Positions 29,249 to 40,950 are shown, counted from the first letter of the stretch. The stretch: 64,000 bases of DNA from Verrucomicrobiota bacterium (GCA_049510745.1 JBEKYR010000008.1:192001-256000), one strand, 5' to 3'. The notes: generated from the letters alone by a model not told the origin. A program made the numbers and translations.

Positions 29249-29797
29249 CTAGTCCGCCATCTCGCCGGTAAAAAACTCCACTATTTGTTCTTTTGTTCGC
29301 GGCTTGGTGCCGCGCTTCTGCACTACTTCGTGGTAAACTAAATAGAATCCAGTCCAGACGTCAGATTCATCGCCCTTTTGCTTTCTTATCACCTGGTCAA
29401 AACACGTCTCCCAGTAATATTGAATGTAAATCGAGTAGTCGCAATAAATCCTACTTTTCTGCATTTCATGGTCTTCAAGCGCGGAGCCAAGATCATTAAA
29501 GAAATCAATTATATCCTCGCTTATGTCGGCTGGTTTATCCAGGTTTTCCAAGATTATTTTTGCGGCTTTTTGGCGCTTTGGTTCAAGCCGTTCCCAGCGT
29601 TCCTCGAAGTAATTGGCCCTTTCTTCGGCTTTTTCACCCCACTTGAACCGAGATATGAGAACGCAAAGGATTGCGCTTATGATAAACCATTTGCCTGCAA
29701 TCGCGTGGTCTTGTGATGCGATGGCGGCAAAAAGCGGGGCACCAACTAACACAACCAGCCCCTCCGCTCGAATCCATCTGTGGAGCCAAGGAAACAT
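29249..29797 (-). CDS. Hypothetical protein with two N-terminal TM segments (DUF4760-like C-terminus)
   Basis: Two hydrophobic helices followed by an IIDFFNDLG motif; AT-rich. Confidence 0.6.
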   Translation of the reverse strand: MFPWLHRWIRAEGLVVLVGAPLFAAIASQDHAIAGKWFIISAILCVLISRFKWGEKAEERANYFEERWERLEPKRQKAAKIILENLDKPADISEDIIDFFNDLGSALEDHEMQKSRIYCDYSIYIQYYWETCFDQVIRKQKGDESDVWTGFYLVYHEVVQKRGTKPRTKEQIVEFFTGEMAD

Positions 29798-29920
29798 TTG
29801 GCCAGATTGACCCTAAATCCGATGTTGAAAAGGCATTTTTTGAGCCTGTTTTGCTTTCACATCCCGAATTTATACCACTACTATTCAGAAAATACGTGCT
29901 TCATGTTGAATATCAGAGGT

Positions 29921-29958
29921 TTACAAATCGCGCCGCAGAGCGGCGGCGCGATTTGTAA
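29921..29958. repeat. Perfect 16-bp-arm inverted repeat
   Basis: TTACAAATCGCGCCGC-AGAGCG-GCGGCGCGATTTGTAA. Confidence 0.9.
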
Positions 29959-30093
29959 GATCTCTCAATTTCTCCGTTGACAGGTTCTTGGCTGAAAACG
30001 CGGCGGGCGCGATTACAAGCTTCAAAGTAGCCCACTACCTGGCCTTGACTGGGCTTGACCGGACAAGGAGGAAGGCAGGATGAATTCAGCGGT

Positions 30094-31434
30094 TCAACGG
30101 CGGCGCGCCGTCAACGAGGAGGGTCGGGATTTCTTCCGGGTGCTTTTCGCCGCCGCCGGTTTTGCGCCTGTCCGGGCGTGTTGTTCCATCGCGGCTTCGA
30201 CCCGGGCGCGGTCGGTTTCGACAAAGCACTGGAGTTGTTCGGCGGAGGGCAGCACCGTGAGATAGCGGGAAACGAAGAGGCGGTTGTCCATGCCCGCCGT
30301 GGCGAACTGCACCTTGGTGTGGTCCTTGTCGCTACAGAGGAGGATGCCGACGGGCGGTTGATCGCCCTCCGCCATCATGCGGTCCTTAAAATAGTTGAGG
30401 TAATAATTCATCTGGCCCGCGTCGCCGTGTTGGAAGGGGCGGACTTTCAGATCGAGCAGGACGTGGCAACGGAGGCGCCGTTGATAGAAGACCAAATCCA
30501 CGTAGTCGTGCTCGTTGCCAAGGGTCACCCGGAACTGGCGGGCCTCGAAACAAAAGCCCGTGCCGAGTTCGAGCAGGAATTTTTGCAGGTGGTCGAGCAG
30601 GGCCGTTTCGAGATCGCTCTCGGTGTATTGCGGCAATTGGGCGAGGCCGGTGAATTCGAGGACGTAGGGATCGCGGATCAGGTCTTCGATGGTTTCCTGC
30701 GGCTCTTGAGCGCGGGCGCGTTTGATGACGGCGGCTTTATTTCTGGAAAGACCGGTCCGCTCAAAAAGGAGTGACCCAATCTGGCGTTGAAGCTGGCGCT
30801 TCGACCAGTTGCCCTTGAGACACTCGTTTTCATAGAAGGCGCGCTTTAGCGGGTCGTCGATGCGAATGAGTTCAAGGATGTGCGTCCAGGAGAAATGAAG
30901 GACGGCTTCGGGAGAAAGAGGCGTTATGCCGGAAGATTGGCCAACCCGTGGTTGGCCAATTCCGTAACCGGTGGTGACGGAATGACCAGCCAGACCAGAG
31001 GTTGCCGGCGCGCTCAATTCCGTAAGCGGTGAGGACGGAATTTTGCCGCCAAAAGCGCGCCGGGAAATCCTCACCGGTGGTGAGGATTTTTGACTCCCAC
31101 CGCCTGGCAGAAGGAGACGATTGCCCAATTCCCTCACCAGCGGTGAGGAAATCTTTGAGCCAAGTTGAGGATAAACTCCGTAGAGCAGGCGTGTGCGTTC
31201 CAACATCTGAACGCTTAAGCCACCGATCCCACGTTGTTTCAGGTCAGCGGCAAGCCGTGACAACAATCGGACTCCGTATTTCGCGCGATCCTCGCCATTC
31301 TGCTCGAATTCCACGAGGTATGCCCCAACCAGCCAGTTACGGATGACGAGGGATTGATTGACGACGGCGGCGGCGCGACCGAGCAACTCCCGGCTGGCCG
31401 AATCAATCGCTTTGACAAGTTGATTGTATCTCAT
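30094..31434 (-). CDS. YhcG/DUF1016 family PD-(D/E)XK nuclease with expanded internal linker
   Basis: RNWLVG, RAKYG, SWTH, RDPYVLEF, LELGTGF, DLVFY, DLK, GQMNYY. Confidence 0.92.
   Translation of the reverse strand: MRYNQLVKAIDSASRELLGRAAAVVNQSLVIRNWLVGAYLVEFEQNGEDRAKYGVRLLSRLAADLKQRGIGGLSVQMLERTRLLYGVYPQLGSKISSPLVRELGNRLLLPGGGSQKSSPPVRISRRAFGGKIPSSPLTELSAPATSGLAGHSVTTGYGIGQPRVGQSSGITPLSPEAVLHFSWTHILELIRIDDPLKRAFYENECLKGNWSKRQLQRQIGSLLFERTGLSRNKAAVIKRARAQEPQETIEDLIRDPYVLEFTGLAQLPQYTESDLETALLDHLQKFLLELGTGFCFEARQFRVTLGNEHDYVDLVFYQRRLRCHVLLDLKVRPFQHGDAGQMNYYLNYFKDRMMAEGDQPPVGILLCSDKDHTKVQFATAGMDNRLFVSRYLTVLPSAEQLQCFVETDRARVEAAMEQHARTGAKPAAAKSTRKKSRPSSLTARRR
30936..31152. repeat. Five 25-bp palindromes (10-bp arms, 5-bp spacer) inside the yhcG-like gene
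   Basis: Starts at 30936, 30959, 31017, 31065, 31128; spacers CCGTG, CGGTG, CGGTG, CGGTG, CAGCG. Confidence 0.85.
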
Positions 31435-31779
31435 GGGCGTCAGCGGGTGGCGTCACAAACTTCGTGCAGATGTCGCGCTCGCTGAGGGCCTCTTTCTCGG
31501 CTGAGGCCGTTCCAACTTCCGGTCGAGCGCACCGGCGGCGGCAACGACACGAGGGAGATCAAGGTGTCCAGTCGGGGGCGCTTGCCCGGCGATTGGTGAA
31601 ACTTTCGCGTCTTCAGCCATTGTGACTTCCGAGAGGATGGGCCGTAATGAGCAGACTTGCAGCAAAAAACGTCCTCCCGGGTGACTTGGGCGGGGCGGAG
31701 CGCATGAAGGCATTTGCAATTTTCGCGCGCGGAGATACAATAGGAGGAGTTGTTGAACCGGTTCAATCGTTGTTTTTCT

Positions 31780-32310
31780 ATGAGTTGGATGCTTTTTGCT
31801 TTGATGACGGTCGTTTCGTGGGGGCTTTATGGAATCTTTCTGCACAGCGGCCAGACGGCCATGGCGGACAAATCCAACGGCCTCTTTAAATCGTTCTTAT
31901 TCGTCGGCCTGGCTTACTTCTTGACAGCCGTGCTCGCCCCGCTGGCCATGCTGGCGACGCGCAAGACGGACTGGAGTTTTCCAACCGCCGGCATGGGATG
32001 GTCGCTCCTGGCCGGGATCGTCGGCGCGGCGGGGGCGTTTTGCGTCCTGCTGGCCTTCGGCGCCAAAGGAACGCCGGGAGTGGTGATGGCGATTGTTTTT
32101 GCCGGCGCCCCCATCATCAACGCGGTCGTGGCGATGATCGAGTATCCGCCGGAAGGCGGCTGGGGGGCGGTTCGCTGGCCGTTTTATCTGGGCATTGTCC
32201 TGGCGGCGACGGGCGGGTGTTTGGTGACGTTCTTCAAGCCGCCGCCCGCCCGGCCGCACGCGCCCGCGCCGACGGCGCAGAGGACAATGGCCAATCAGGC
32301 GCGGAACTAA
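31780..32310 (+). CDS. DMT/EamA-like small membrane protein
   Basis: Five hydrophobic helices; SWGLYG, FAGAPIIN. Confidence 0.7.
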   Translation: MSWMLFALMTVVSWGLYGIFLHSGQTAMADKSNGLFKSFLFVGLAYFLTAVLAPLAMLATRKTDWSFPTAGMGWSLLAGIVGAAGAFCVLLAFGAKGTPGVVMAIVFAGAPIINAVVAMIEYPPEGGWGAVRWPFYLGIVLAATGGCLVTFFKPPPARPHAPAPTAQRTMANQARN

Positions 32311-33587
32311 TGCCTTTCCCCACGCATGAGTCGATGGCGGCCGATCAGCTTGCGCAATTGCGCCGTTTGCTCGCCGCCCTTTTGCCGGGCAACGCTTTTT
32401 ACCGGAAGAAACTCGCCGGACTCGACCCGGCCATCGCAAGCCTGGAGGATTTTTCGGCGCGATTTCCCTTCACGACGAAGCAGGAATTGGCGGAGGACCA
32501 GCGCGAGTCGCCGCCCTTCGGCACAAACCTCACTTTCCCGATCGCCCGCTACACCAGGTTTCACCAAACCAGCGGGACGGCCAGCGCGCCGTTGCGCTGG
32601 GTGGATACGCCGGAAAGCTGGAATGGGATGGTGGAGAGTTGGAAGGACATTTTCCGGGCGGCGGGCGTGGGCGCGGCGGACCGCGTTTATTTTGCGTTTT
32701 CGTTCGGGCCGTTCATCGGATTCTGGCTGGCGTTTGACGCGGCCCAACAGTTGGGTTGCCTGTGCCTGCCCGGCGGCGGCTTGAGCAGCGCCGGGCGGCT
32801 GCAAGGCATCCTGGACAACCGGGCGACGGTGGTGTGCTGCACGCCCAGTTATGCCGCCCACCTGGCGGAGACGGCGGCGCGGAAGAGAATCGATCTCAAA
32901 TCCGGCGCGGTGCACGCCTTGATCGTGGCCGGGGAACCCGGCGGCAGCATTCCCGCCACGCGCCGGCGGCTGCGCGAACTTTGGCCGGGCGCCAGGATTT
33001 TCGATCATCATGGCATGACGGAAACCGGGCCGGTGTCGCACGAATGCCCGCAAGAGCCGGGGACGCTGCACGTTTTGGAGCGAGCCTACCTGGCGGAAGT
33101 GGTCGATGCCCGCGGGCAGCCGGCGCGGGCGGGCGAGGCGGGAGAATTAGTTTTGACGACATTGGGGCGGACCGGCTCGCCGGTCTTGCGCTACCGCACG
33201 GGCGACGTGGCGCGGGCCAAAGCGCGAGGGGAGGCCTGCGCCTGCGGGCGGCACGACCTGGCGCTGGCCGGCGGAATCCTCGGACGGACAGACGAAATGC
33301 TGATCGTTCGCGGGGTGAACATTTATCCGACGGCGGTGGAGGAGGTGTTGCGCGGTTTTCCGGAGCTGGCGGAATACCGGGTGGACGTGGACGGGTCGCG
33401 CAGCCTCGTGGAGTTGCGCCTGTGCGTGGAGCCGCGGGCGGACTGCGCGGAACCGGCGGCGCTGGCGGCGCGGGTGCAAGAGGCGCTGCACGGGGTCTTC
33501 AATTTGCGCATGCCCGTGACGCTGGCCCCGGCGGGCAGCCTGCCGCGCTTCGAGATGAAAGCCAAGAGGTGGCAGTTTGCGCCGTGA
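32310..33587 (+). CDS. Phenylacetate--CoA ligase family protein
   Basis: PFTTKQEL, TSGT, HGMTE, RYRTGD, GRTDEMLIVRGVNIYP; start overlaps the upstream stop (TAATG). Confidence 0.9.
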   Translation: MPFPTHESMAADQLAQLRRLLAALLPGNAFYRKKLAGLDPAIASLEDFSARFPFTTKQELAEDQRESPPFGTNLTFPIARYTRFHQTSGTASAPLRWVDTPESWNGMVESWKDIFRAAGVGAADRVYFAFSFGPFIGFWLAFDAAQQLGCLCLPGGGLSSAGRLQGILDNRATVVCCTPSYAAHLAETAARKRIDLKSGAVHALIVAGEPGGSIPATRRRLRELWPGARIFDHHGMTETGPVSHECPQEPGTLHVLERAYLAEVVDARGQPARAGEAGELVLTTLGRTGSPVLRYRTGDVARAKARGEACACGRHDLALAGGILGRTDEMLIVRGVNIYPTAVEEVLRGFPELAEYRVDVDGSRSLVELRLCVEPRADCAEPAALAARVQEALHGVFNLRMPVTLAPAGSLPRFEMKAKRWQFAP

Positions 33588-33652
33588 CATTGGTTTTGCG
33601 GGAATAACCTCTCCCGCGTGAGGAGAAAGGGCGCGCTTTGTCCAATTGAACG

Positions 33653-35620
33653 GTGAAACCGGACGACTTGCGCAACGAAGCCCAATACACCACCGGCAAA
33701 ATCCTTCGTCTCTGGGCCGTGGCAACTTTGCCGCTGGCGCTTCTCGGCTGGGGTGTGGCGCCCGTCCTGGCGGCGCGCGCTCCCTTGGCTGCGCCCATTC
33801 TTTACTGGCTGCTGATGTCGGCCGGGATGGGCTGGGTGTGTTTTGTCGCATTCTGGATCATCCGGCGTGAAGAAGGAGACCTGAGCCGGCAAACTCTCTC
33901 GCAACGTTTATGGCTCAACGGGCCGCGGTCGCCTCGAACGGACCAACCGCAGGCCCGGCTGTTGTGGTGGTTGCTGCCTTGTCTTCTGATTGCCTTCCTC
34001 GGCCTGGCCCTTCAACTGGCGCTGATGGCACTCGTCCACAGCGTCTGGAGTTTCCAGTTCCCGCACGCCCGATGGTCCCTGTTGTGGCCCGCGTATGCCA
34101 ACCTTCTTGAACTGGTCAGTCCGCAATACGCCGCTCTTTGGTGGCTGGGCGCCGGGGTGATGGGCCTTTGGTTTGTCAGCAGCCTGGTGGCGGAAGAGAC
34201 CCTCTTTCGCGGCGTGCTCCTTCCCAAAATGCAGGGGGCGTTTGGCAGGAAAGACTGGATGGCTAACGGGTTCCTCTACGCTGCTTTCTCAATCTTCCAG
34301 CCCTGGATGATTCCAGTGCGGGTGCTGGATGCATTCGCCATTGTCTGGCCGGTCCGCCGCTTTCGCAGTCTGCCTATGGGCATCATCGTCCGCGGCTTTT
34401 CAACGGCTGGCTTGCTGGCGGCTTTTTGGCTTGGGTTTTATGAGGCGCCGCTCAAGCCGTTGCCGGCTTCGTTGAACCTCCCTTACATCTGCTGTCATCC
34501 GCAACCGGTTAGTTTTAGGAGCTGGCCCGGCTGGCGCGCTCCGCTGACCAACCTGCCGGAGTTTAATCCGGACAACCCGTGGTTCTCGGTCGATTTGCGC
34601 TCCCGCGATGCGTCGGGTCTGGATTTGCGCGATTCGGGAAAAGACCTGGAACACGCCGATTATGACAGTCAAACCATCTGGCCGCCGAAAGATCGAATGC
34701 CGCCCGGCTTTGATCCGGCCCAGATCCTTGAACTCGGAAAGAATCCCGGCTTGGGCGTCCGCGGGTTGCACACGCAAGGCATCACCGGACGCGGGATCGG
34801 TATTGGCATTGTTGACCATTTCCCGCTGACCGATCACCGCGAGTACGCGGGGCAGGTCAAATGGTACGAGGAAATCAACGTGTGGGGAGCGTCAACGGCC
34901 CAAATGCACGGCCTGGCCGTGGCCTCCATCGCCGTTGGCAGGACCGTGGGAGTGGCGCCCGAAGCGGAACTCTACTTCGTCGGCTTTGGCGACAACCTGC
35001 GAATCGGGTCATTCCTGCCGCACTACTATGCTCAAGGCGTGCGCCGGCTCTTGCAGGTCAGCCGGCGCCTCCCGCACGAGCACAGGATTCGGGCGATGTC
35101 ATTGTCTTTCGGGCCGGGGCCCGGCCTGCTCGGGTATGAAGACTTCATCAGCGCCATCAAGGAGGCTGAAGCCGAGGGTATCTTTGTTGCGTGGTGCGGG
35201 GAGGGGCGGTTTCCGATTTCGGGGTTGGGCGTTGCACCGGCAGCCGATCGCGATGACTTTCAATCCTATTCCGTTCCGCCGTGGATTCTCTGGCGCCTGC
35301 CCCGGGCCGGTCCCGTTTCCGGGCGGCTGTTTGTTCCCATGGACTCGCGGACAACCGCCAGTCCAACCGGCGTGAACGATTACGTGTTCTATGGTCCCGG
35401 AGGCGCAAGCTGGACTGTGCCATACGCGGCCGGCGCCTATGCCCTCGCGGCCCAGGTTGCTCCGGACATCACGCCCGAACAGTTCTGGTCGCTGGCCCTC
35501 AAGACCGGGCGCAACGTCCAGGCGAAATCCAATGGCCGCGACGTGGCCGTCGGACCGCTCATTAACATGGCGGCCTTGGTCAAGGCCCTGGCCGACAAGG
35601 AAGGGATGCGGGTAAAATAG
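33653..35620 (+). CDS. CPBP (Abi/CAAX)-like membrane domain fused to an S8 subtilisin-like peptidase
   Basis: EETLFRG in the TM region; S8 triad motifs GIVD, MHGLAVASI, GGASW. Confidence 0.8.
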   Translation: MKPDDLRNEAQYTTGKILRLWAVATLPLALLGWGVAPVLAARAPLAAPILYWLLMSAGMGWVCFVAFWIIRREEGDLSRQTLSQRLWLNGPRSPRTDQPQARLLWWLLPCLLIAFLGLALQLALMALVHSVWSFQFPHARWSLLWPAYANLLELVSPQYAALWWLGAGVMGLWFVSSLVAEETLFRGVLLPKMQGAFGRKDWMANGFLYAAFSIFQPWMIPVRVLDAFAIVWPVRRFRSLPMGIIVRGFSTAGLLAAFWLGFYEAPLKPLPASLNLPYICCHPQPVSFRSWPGWRAPLTNLPEFNPDNPWFSVDLRSRDASGLDLRDSGKDLEHADYDSQTIWPPKDRMPPGFDPAQILELGKNPGLGVRGLHTQGITGRGIGIGIVDHFPLTDHREYAGQVKWYEEINVWGASTAQMHGLAVASIAVGRTVGVAPEAELYFVGFGDNLRIGSFLPHYYAQGVRRLLQVSRRLPHEHRIRAMSLSFGPGPGLLGYEDFISAIKEAEAEGIFVAWCGEGRFPISGLGVAPAADRDDFQSYSVPPWILWRLPRAGPVSGRLFVPMDSRTTASPTGVNDYVFYGPGGASWTVPYAAGAYALAAQVAPDITPEQFWSLALKTGRNVQAKSNGRDVAVGPLINMAALVKALADKEGMRVK

Positions 35621-35765
35621 CGTGGATTTCCCCCGAGAAATCGACGTTTTTTTTCCAGCGGCTCAGGGAGGACCGTCGATTGCCGAAAGAATGACGAAGC
35701 CCCAACGACGAAATTCGCGCGGGCCGACTTTTCGTCATTGAGTCATTTAAGCCTTCTTTTGTCAG

Positions 35766-37244
35766 TCACAGCCCCAAGACTCGGCAGGTCTTGCGGAAGT
35801 GGTGGCCGTAGATGGAGAAAGTAACGGCCATCGGGAACAGAGTGGGGCGGCGGAAGAATGTCCAGAGCAGCAAACCCCAGTAATGGAAACGTTCGCGGCC
35901 AAAAATCCCAAGACGGAGATTGGCCTGAAGAAACGCCAGGAAGGAACGCCAGTTCAACGAGCTGGAAATCTTCGGACGCTGGTACTCGCGCAGGAACGTG
36001 CGGATCCGCCGGTAATACGGCCCCGGCGCATAAAGGCGCCCCATGAGGCTCCTGTACCCTTCGCGTAATGTCTCCCGATTCATCCGCGGAATGAAGTTGG
36101 TTGTCCCGTCCAGGTTGTTGCCGGTGGTCTGGCCGGTCAGGCGGCCCTCGAGGTTGAGCCGCTGGTGAAGCTTCGTGCCGGGGATGGCTTGCAGCAGGCC
36201 GACCATCGCCGTGACAATGCCGCTTTTCTGGATGAACTCGATCTGCCGCGCAAAAATCGTGGGCGTGTCGCTGTCAAACCCAACGATAAACCCGCCCTGC
36301 ACCTCCAACCCCGCGCGCTGGATGCGCTTGACATCGGCGACCAGGTTGCGCTTCTGGTTCTGGCGCTTGTTGCACTCGGCCAGGCCCGCTTCCTCCGGCG
36401 TCTCGATGCCGACAAACACCTGGTTGAACCCCGCTTCGACCATCAACCGCATCAACTCCTCATCGTCGGCCAGATTGATGGACGCTTCCGTGAAGAACGG
36501 CGTGCCGCGCCCGCCGTGCTGCCACTGGATCAGCGCCGGCAGCAACTCCTCCTTGAGCGCGCGTTTGTTGCCGATGAAATTGTCGTCCACGAAAAAAACC
36601 GCCCCGATCCAGCCCGCCCGGCGCAGACCGTCCAACTCCGCGATCACTTGCGCCGTTGTCTTGGTGCGCGGCCGATGGCCGAACATCGCGGTGATGTTGC
36701 AGAACTCGCAATCAAACGGGCAGCCGCGCGAGAACTGCACGCTCATCGCCGCGTAACGTGGCAGGTCGGCCAACTCCCACCGCGGTGGCGGCGTCTGCCG
36801 GATATCGGGGAACAGAGGTGAAGCATACACGCGCCGCGCCGTGTGGCGCTGGAAGTCACGCAAAAACTCCGGCAGCGTCGCCTCGGCCTCATTGAGGACG
36901 AAATGGTCAACTTCGGGAAACTGTTCGTGGCCCAAGGTGAAGAGCGGGCCGCCCGCCACGATCGTCTTGCCTGCCGCGCGGCAGCGCGCGATCAGTTCGC
37001 GCGCCGAGGCCTGCTGGGCGATCATCCCGCTGATGAACACGACATCGGCCCAGTCCAGATCGTTCTGGCGCAGCTTCCGCACGTTGACATCCACAAGGCG
37101 CCTGGCCCAATCCTCCGGCAGCATCGCGGCCACGGTGAGCAGGCCCAGGGGCGGCAGCGAAGCTTTCTTGCGGATGAATTTCAAGGCGTGCTTGAAACTC
37201 CAGAATGTGTCAGGAAACTCCGGGTAGAGCAGCAACACCTTCAT
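35766..37244 (-). CDS. B12-binding radical SAM protein (DUF4070 C-terminus)
   Basis: PPLGLLTVAA, RGCPFDCEFC, FVDDNFIGN, GFIVGFD. Confidence 0.92.
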   Translation of the reverse strand: MKVLLLYPEFPDTFWSFKHALKFIRKKASLPPLGLLTVAAMLPEDWARRLVDVNVRKLRQNDLDWADVVFISGMIAQQASARELIARCRAAGKTIVAGGPLFTLGHEQFPEVDHFVLNEAEATLPEFLRDFQRHTARRVYASPLFPDIRQTPPPRWELADLPRYAAMSVQFSRGCPFDCEFCNITAMFGHRPRTKTTAQVIAELDGLRRAGWIGAVFFVDDNFIGNKRALKEELLPALIQWQHGGRGTPFFTEASINLADDEELMRLMVEAGFNQVFVGIETPEEAGLAECNKRQNQKRNLVADVKRIQRAGLEVQGGFIVGFDSDTPTIFARQIEFIQKSGIVTAMVGLLQAIPGTKLHQRLNLEGRLTGQTTGNNLDGTTNFIPRMNRETLREGYRSLMGRLYAPGPYYRRIRTFLREYQRPKISSSLNWRSFLAFLQANLRLGIFGRERFHYWGLLLWTFFRRPTLFPMAVTFSIYGHHFRKTCRVLGL

Positions 37245-37361
37245 CCATTCCCATCGATACCACGAAACGGCGCCCGCGCAATGGGGTGTTCACCCCATTC
37301 GCTTCTCCGCGTCCAAGAGATACAATCTTCGGATTGGATCAATGTGAAAACTGAAAAATAA

Positions 37362-39304
<1,943 letters not shown>

Positions 39305-39312
<8 letters not shown>

Positions 39313-39637
39313 CGAGCCAAAGAAAACCTCAAAAGACGAGCCGACGTTCGCCGGGCAGGTTGGCGCGAAGGCGGCGCGCAAGCTCAAGGCGCAACGCAAC
39401 GCCCAAGGCGTCTGGTTTGGCTTGGGCATGATGGGGCTGATCGGCTGGTCGGTGGCAGTGCCGACGCTGCTCGGCGCGGCGCTCGGAATCTGGTTGGACA
39501 AACATCATGCGGGCAAGCATCCCTGGACGCTGGCGCTGTTGGTGGCAGGGCTTATGATCGGCTGCTTAAACGCGTGGCATTGGGTCGCCAAGGAAGACAA
39601 AGCCATTCGAGAGGAACAGGAGGATGACGATGAATGA
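39305..39637 (+). CDS. atpQ: N-ATPase AtpQ (AtpZ/AtpI family)
   Basis: GLGMMGLIGWSV, GIWLD, GCLNAWHW. Confidence 0.85.
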
Positions 39638-39944
39638 AACTCTGACACTGGCGCTGGCGTGGGCGGCGGGGGGCGTGCTGGGCGCGATTTTTTTCGGCGG
39701 CCTTTGGTGGACGGTTCGCAAGGGCGTTTCGTCCAAACAGCCGGCGCTTTGGTTCTTCGGCAGCCTGCTGTTGCGCATGAGCATTGCCCTGGCTGGATTT
39801 TATTTTATCGGGCGCGGGCATTGGGAGCGGCTGCTGCTGTGTCTCCTTGGATTTGTCATCGCACGTCTGGTCGTGACGTGGCTGACCCGGCTGCCGGGAG
39901 AAAACCAAACCCGCCCGGCACAGGAGGCCAGCCATGCGCCTTAG
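39630..39944 (+). CDS. atpR: N-ATPase AtpR subunit
   Basis: FFGGLWWTV, SLLLR; position in operon. Confidence 0.85.
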   Translation: MNETLTLALAWAAGGVLGAIFFGGLWWTVRKGVSSKQPALWFFGSLLLRMSIALAGFYFIGRGHWERLLLCLLGFVIARLVVTWLTRLPGENQTRPAQEASHAP

Positions 39945-40629
39945 TCCCGATGAGATGATCTTCTGGCAACACGGGTATCTCAAACTCAACGCCACCATTG
40001 TGTTCACTTGGGGATTGATGCTCGTGCTGGCCGTCGGTTCAAAACTCATCACCCGCAAACTTTCCACGGGTTTGGAACGTTCCCGCTGGCAGAACCTTTT
40101 GGAAATCGTCGTCACCGCCATCGAGAAACAAATCGAAGACGTCGGCCTCCGCCATCCGGAGAAGTATATTGGCTTTCTCGGCACGCTCTTCCTGTTCATC
40201 GCCCTGGCCAACCTCTGCACTGTCATTCCCGGTTACGAGCCGCCGACGAGTTCGCTCTCGACCACTGCGGCGCTCGCGCTGAGCGTGTTTGTGGCCGTGC
40301 CGCTTTTCGGCATCGAGGACCAAGGCATGGGGGCCTACCTCAAGTCCTACGCGGAGCCGACGGTTATCATGTTGCCGTTTAACATTATCAGTGAGCTTTC
40401 GCGCACGCTGGCCCTGGCCGTCCGCCTGTTCGGCAACATGATGAGCGGAGCGATGATTATCGGCATTCTGCTGACCATCACGCCCTTTATCTTTCCGATC
40501 GTCATGACGGCGCTCGGTCTGCTCACTGGCATGGTGCAAGCCTACATTTTCAGCATTCTGGCCGCCGTTTACATCGCGGCCGCCACGGGCACTGGCAAGC
40601 CCAAGCCTGAGCCGGCGCCCAAAACTTGA
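39934..40629 (+). CDS. atpB: N-ATPase subunit a
   Basis: LALAVRLFGN, VQAYIF. Confidence 0.95.
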   Translation: MRLSPDEMIFWQHGYLKLNATIVFTWGLMLVLAVGSKLITRKLSTGLERSRWQNLLEIVVTAIEKQIEDVGLRHPEKYIGFLGTLFLFIALANLCTVIPGYEPPTSSLSTTAALALSVFVAVPLFGIEDQGMGAYLKSYAEPTVIMLPFNIISELSRTLALAVRLFGNMMSGAMIIGILLTITPFIFPIVMTALGLLTGMVQAYIFSILAAVYIAAATGTGKPKPEPAPKT

Positions 40630-40659
40630 AACTGCAACGAAATAACAAAAGGACATAAT

Positions 40660-40950
40660 ATGGATAGCATGACCCTCATCGCAGTCGCCTCAATCGTCAC
40701 CGCCGGCCTCACGACTGGTTTCGGCTGCATGGGTCCGGCGCTGGGCGAAGGGCGGGCGGTCGCGACGGCGCTGACGGCGCTGGCGCAGCAACCCGACGCC
40801 TCCGCCACCATCACCCGGACCCTGTTTGTCGGTCTGGCGATGATCGAGTCCACGGCCATCTACTGCTTCGTGGTCTCGATGATTCTCATTTTCGCCAACC
40901 CGTTCTGGAACCACGTCATCGCCCAGGCGACCACGGCGGCAGCAAAGTGA
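40660..40950 (+). CDS. atpE: N-ATPase subunit c
   Basis: GPALGEG, QQPD, IESTAIY. Confidence 0.95.
   Translation: MDSMTLIAVASIVTAGLTTGFGCMGPALGEGRAVATALTALAQQPDASATITRTLFVGLAMIESTAIYCFVVSMILIFANPFWNHVIAQATTAAAK

Larger units (their letters stand above)
27860..30039. mobile_element. Non-autonomous IS1-like cassette (MIC/tIS type) bounded by 19-bp terminal inverted repeats
   Basis: Left end GGTTGTGGGCTACTTTGAA (27860-27878); right end TTCAAAGTAGCCCACTACC (30021-30039); 18/19 inverted match; flanking 8-mers TGATCTTG/TGGCCTTG; AT-richer interior; no transposase. Confidence 0.75.
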
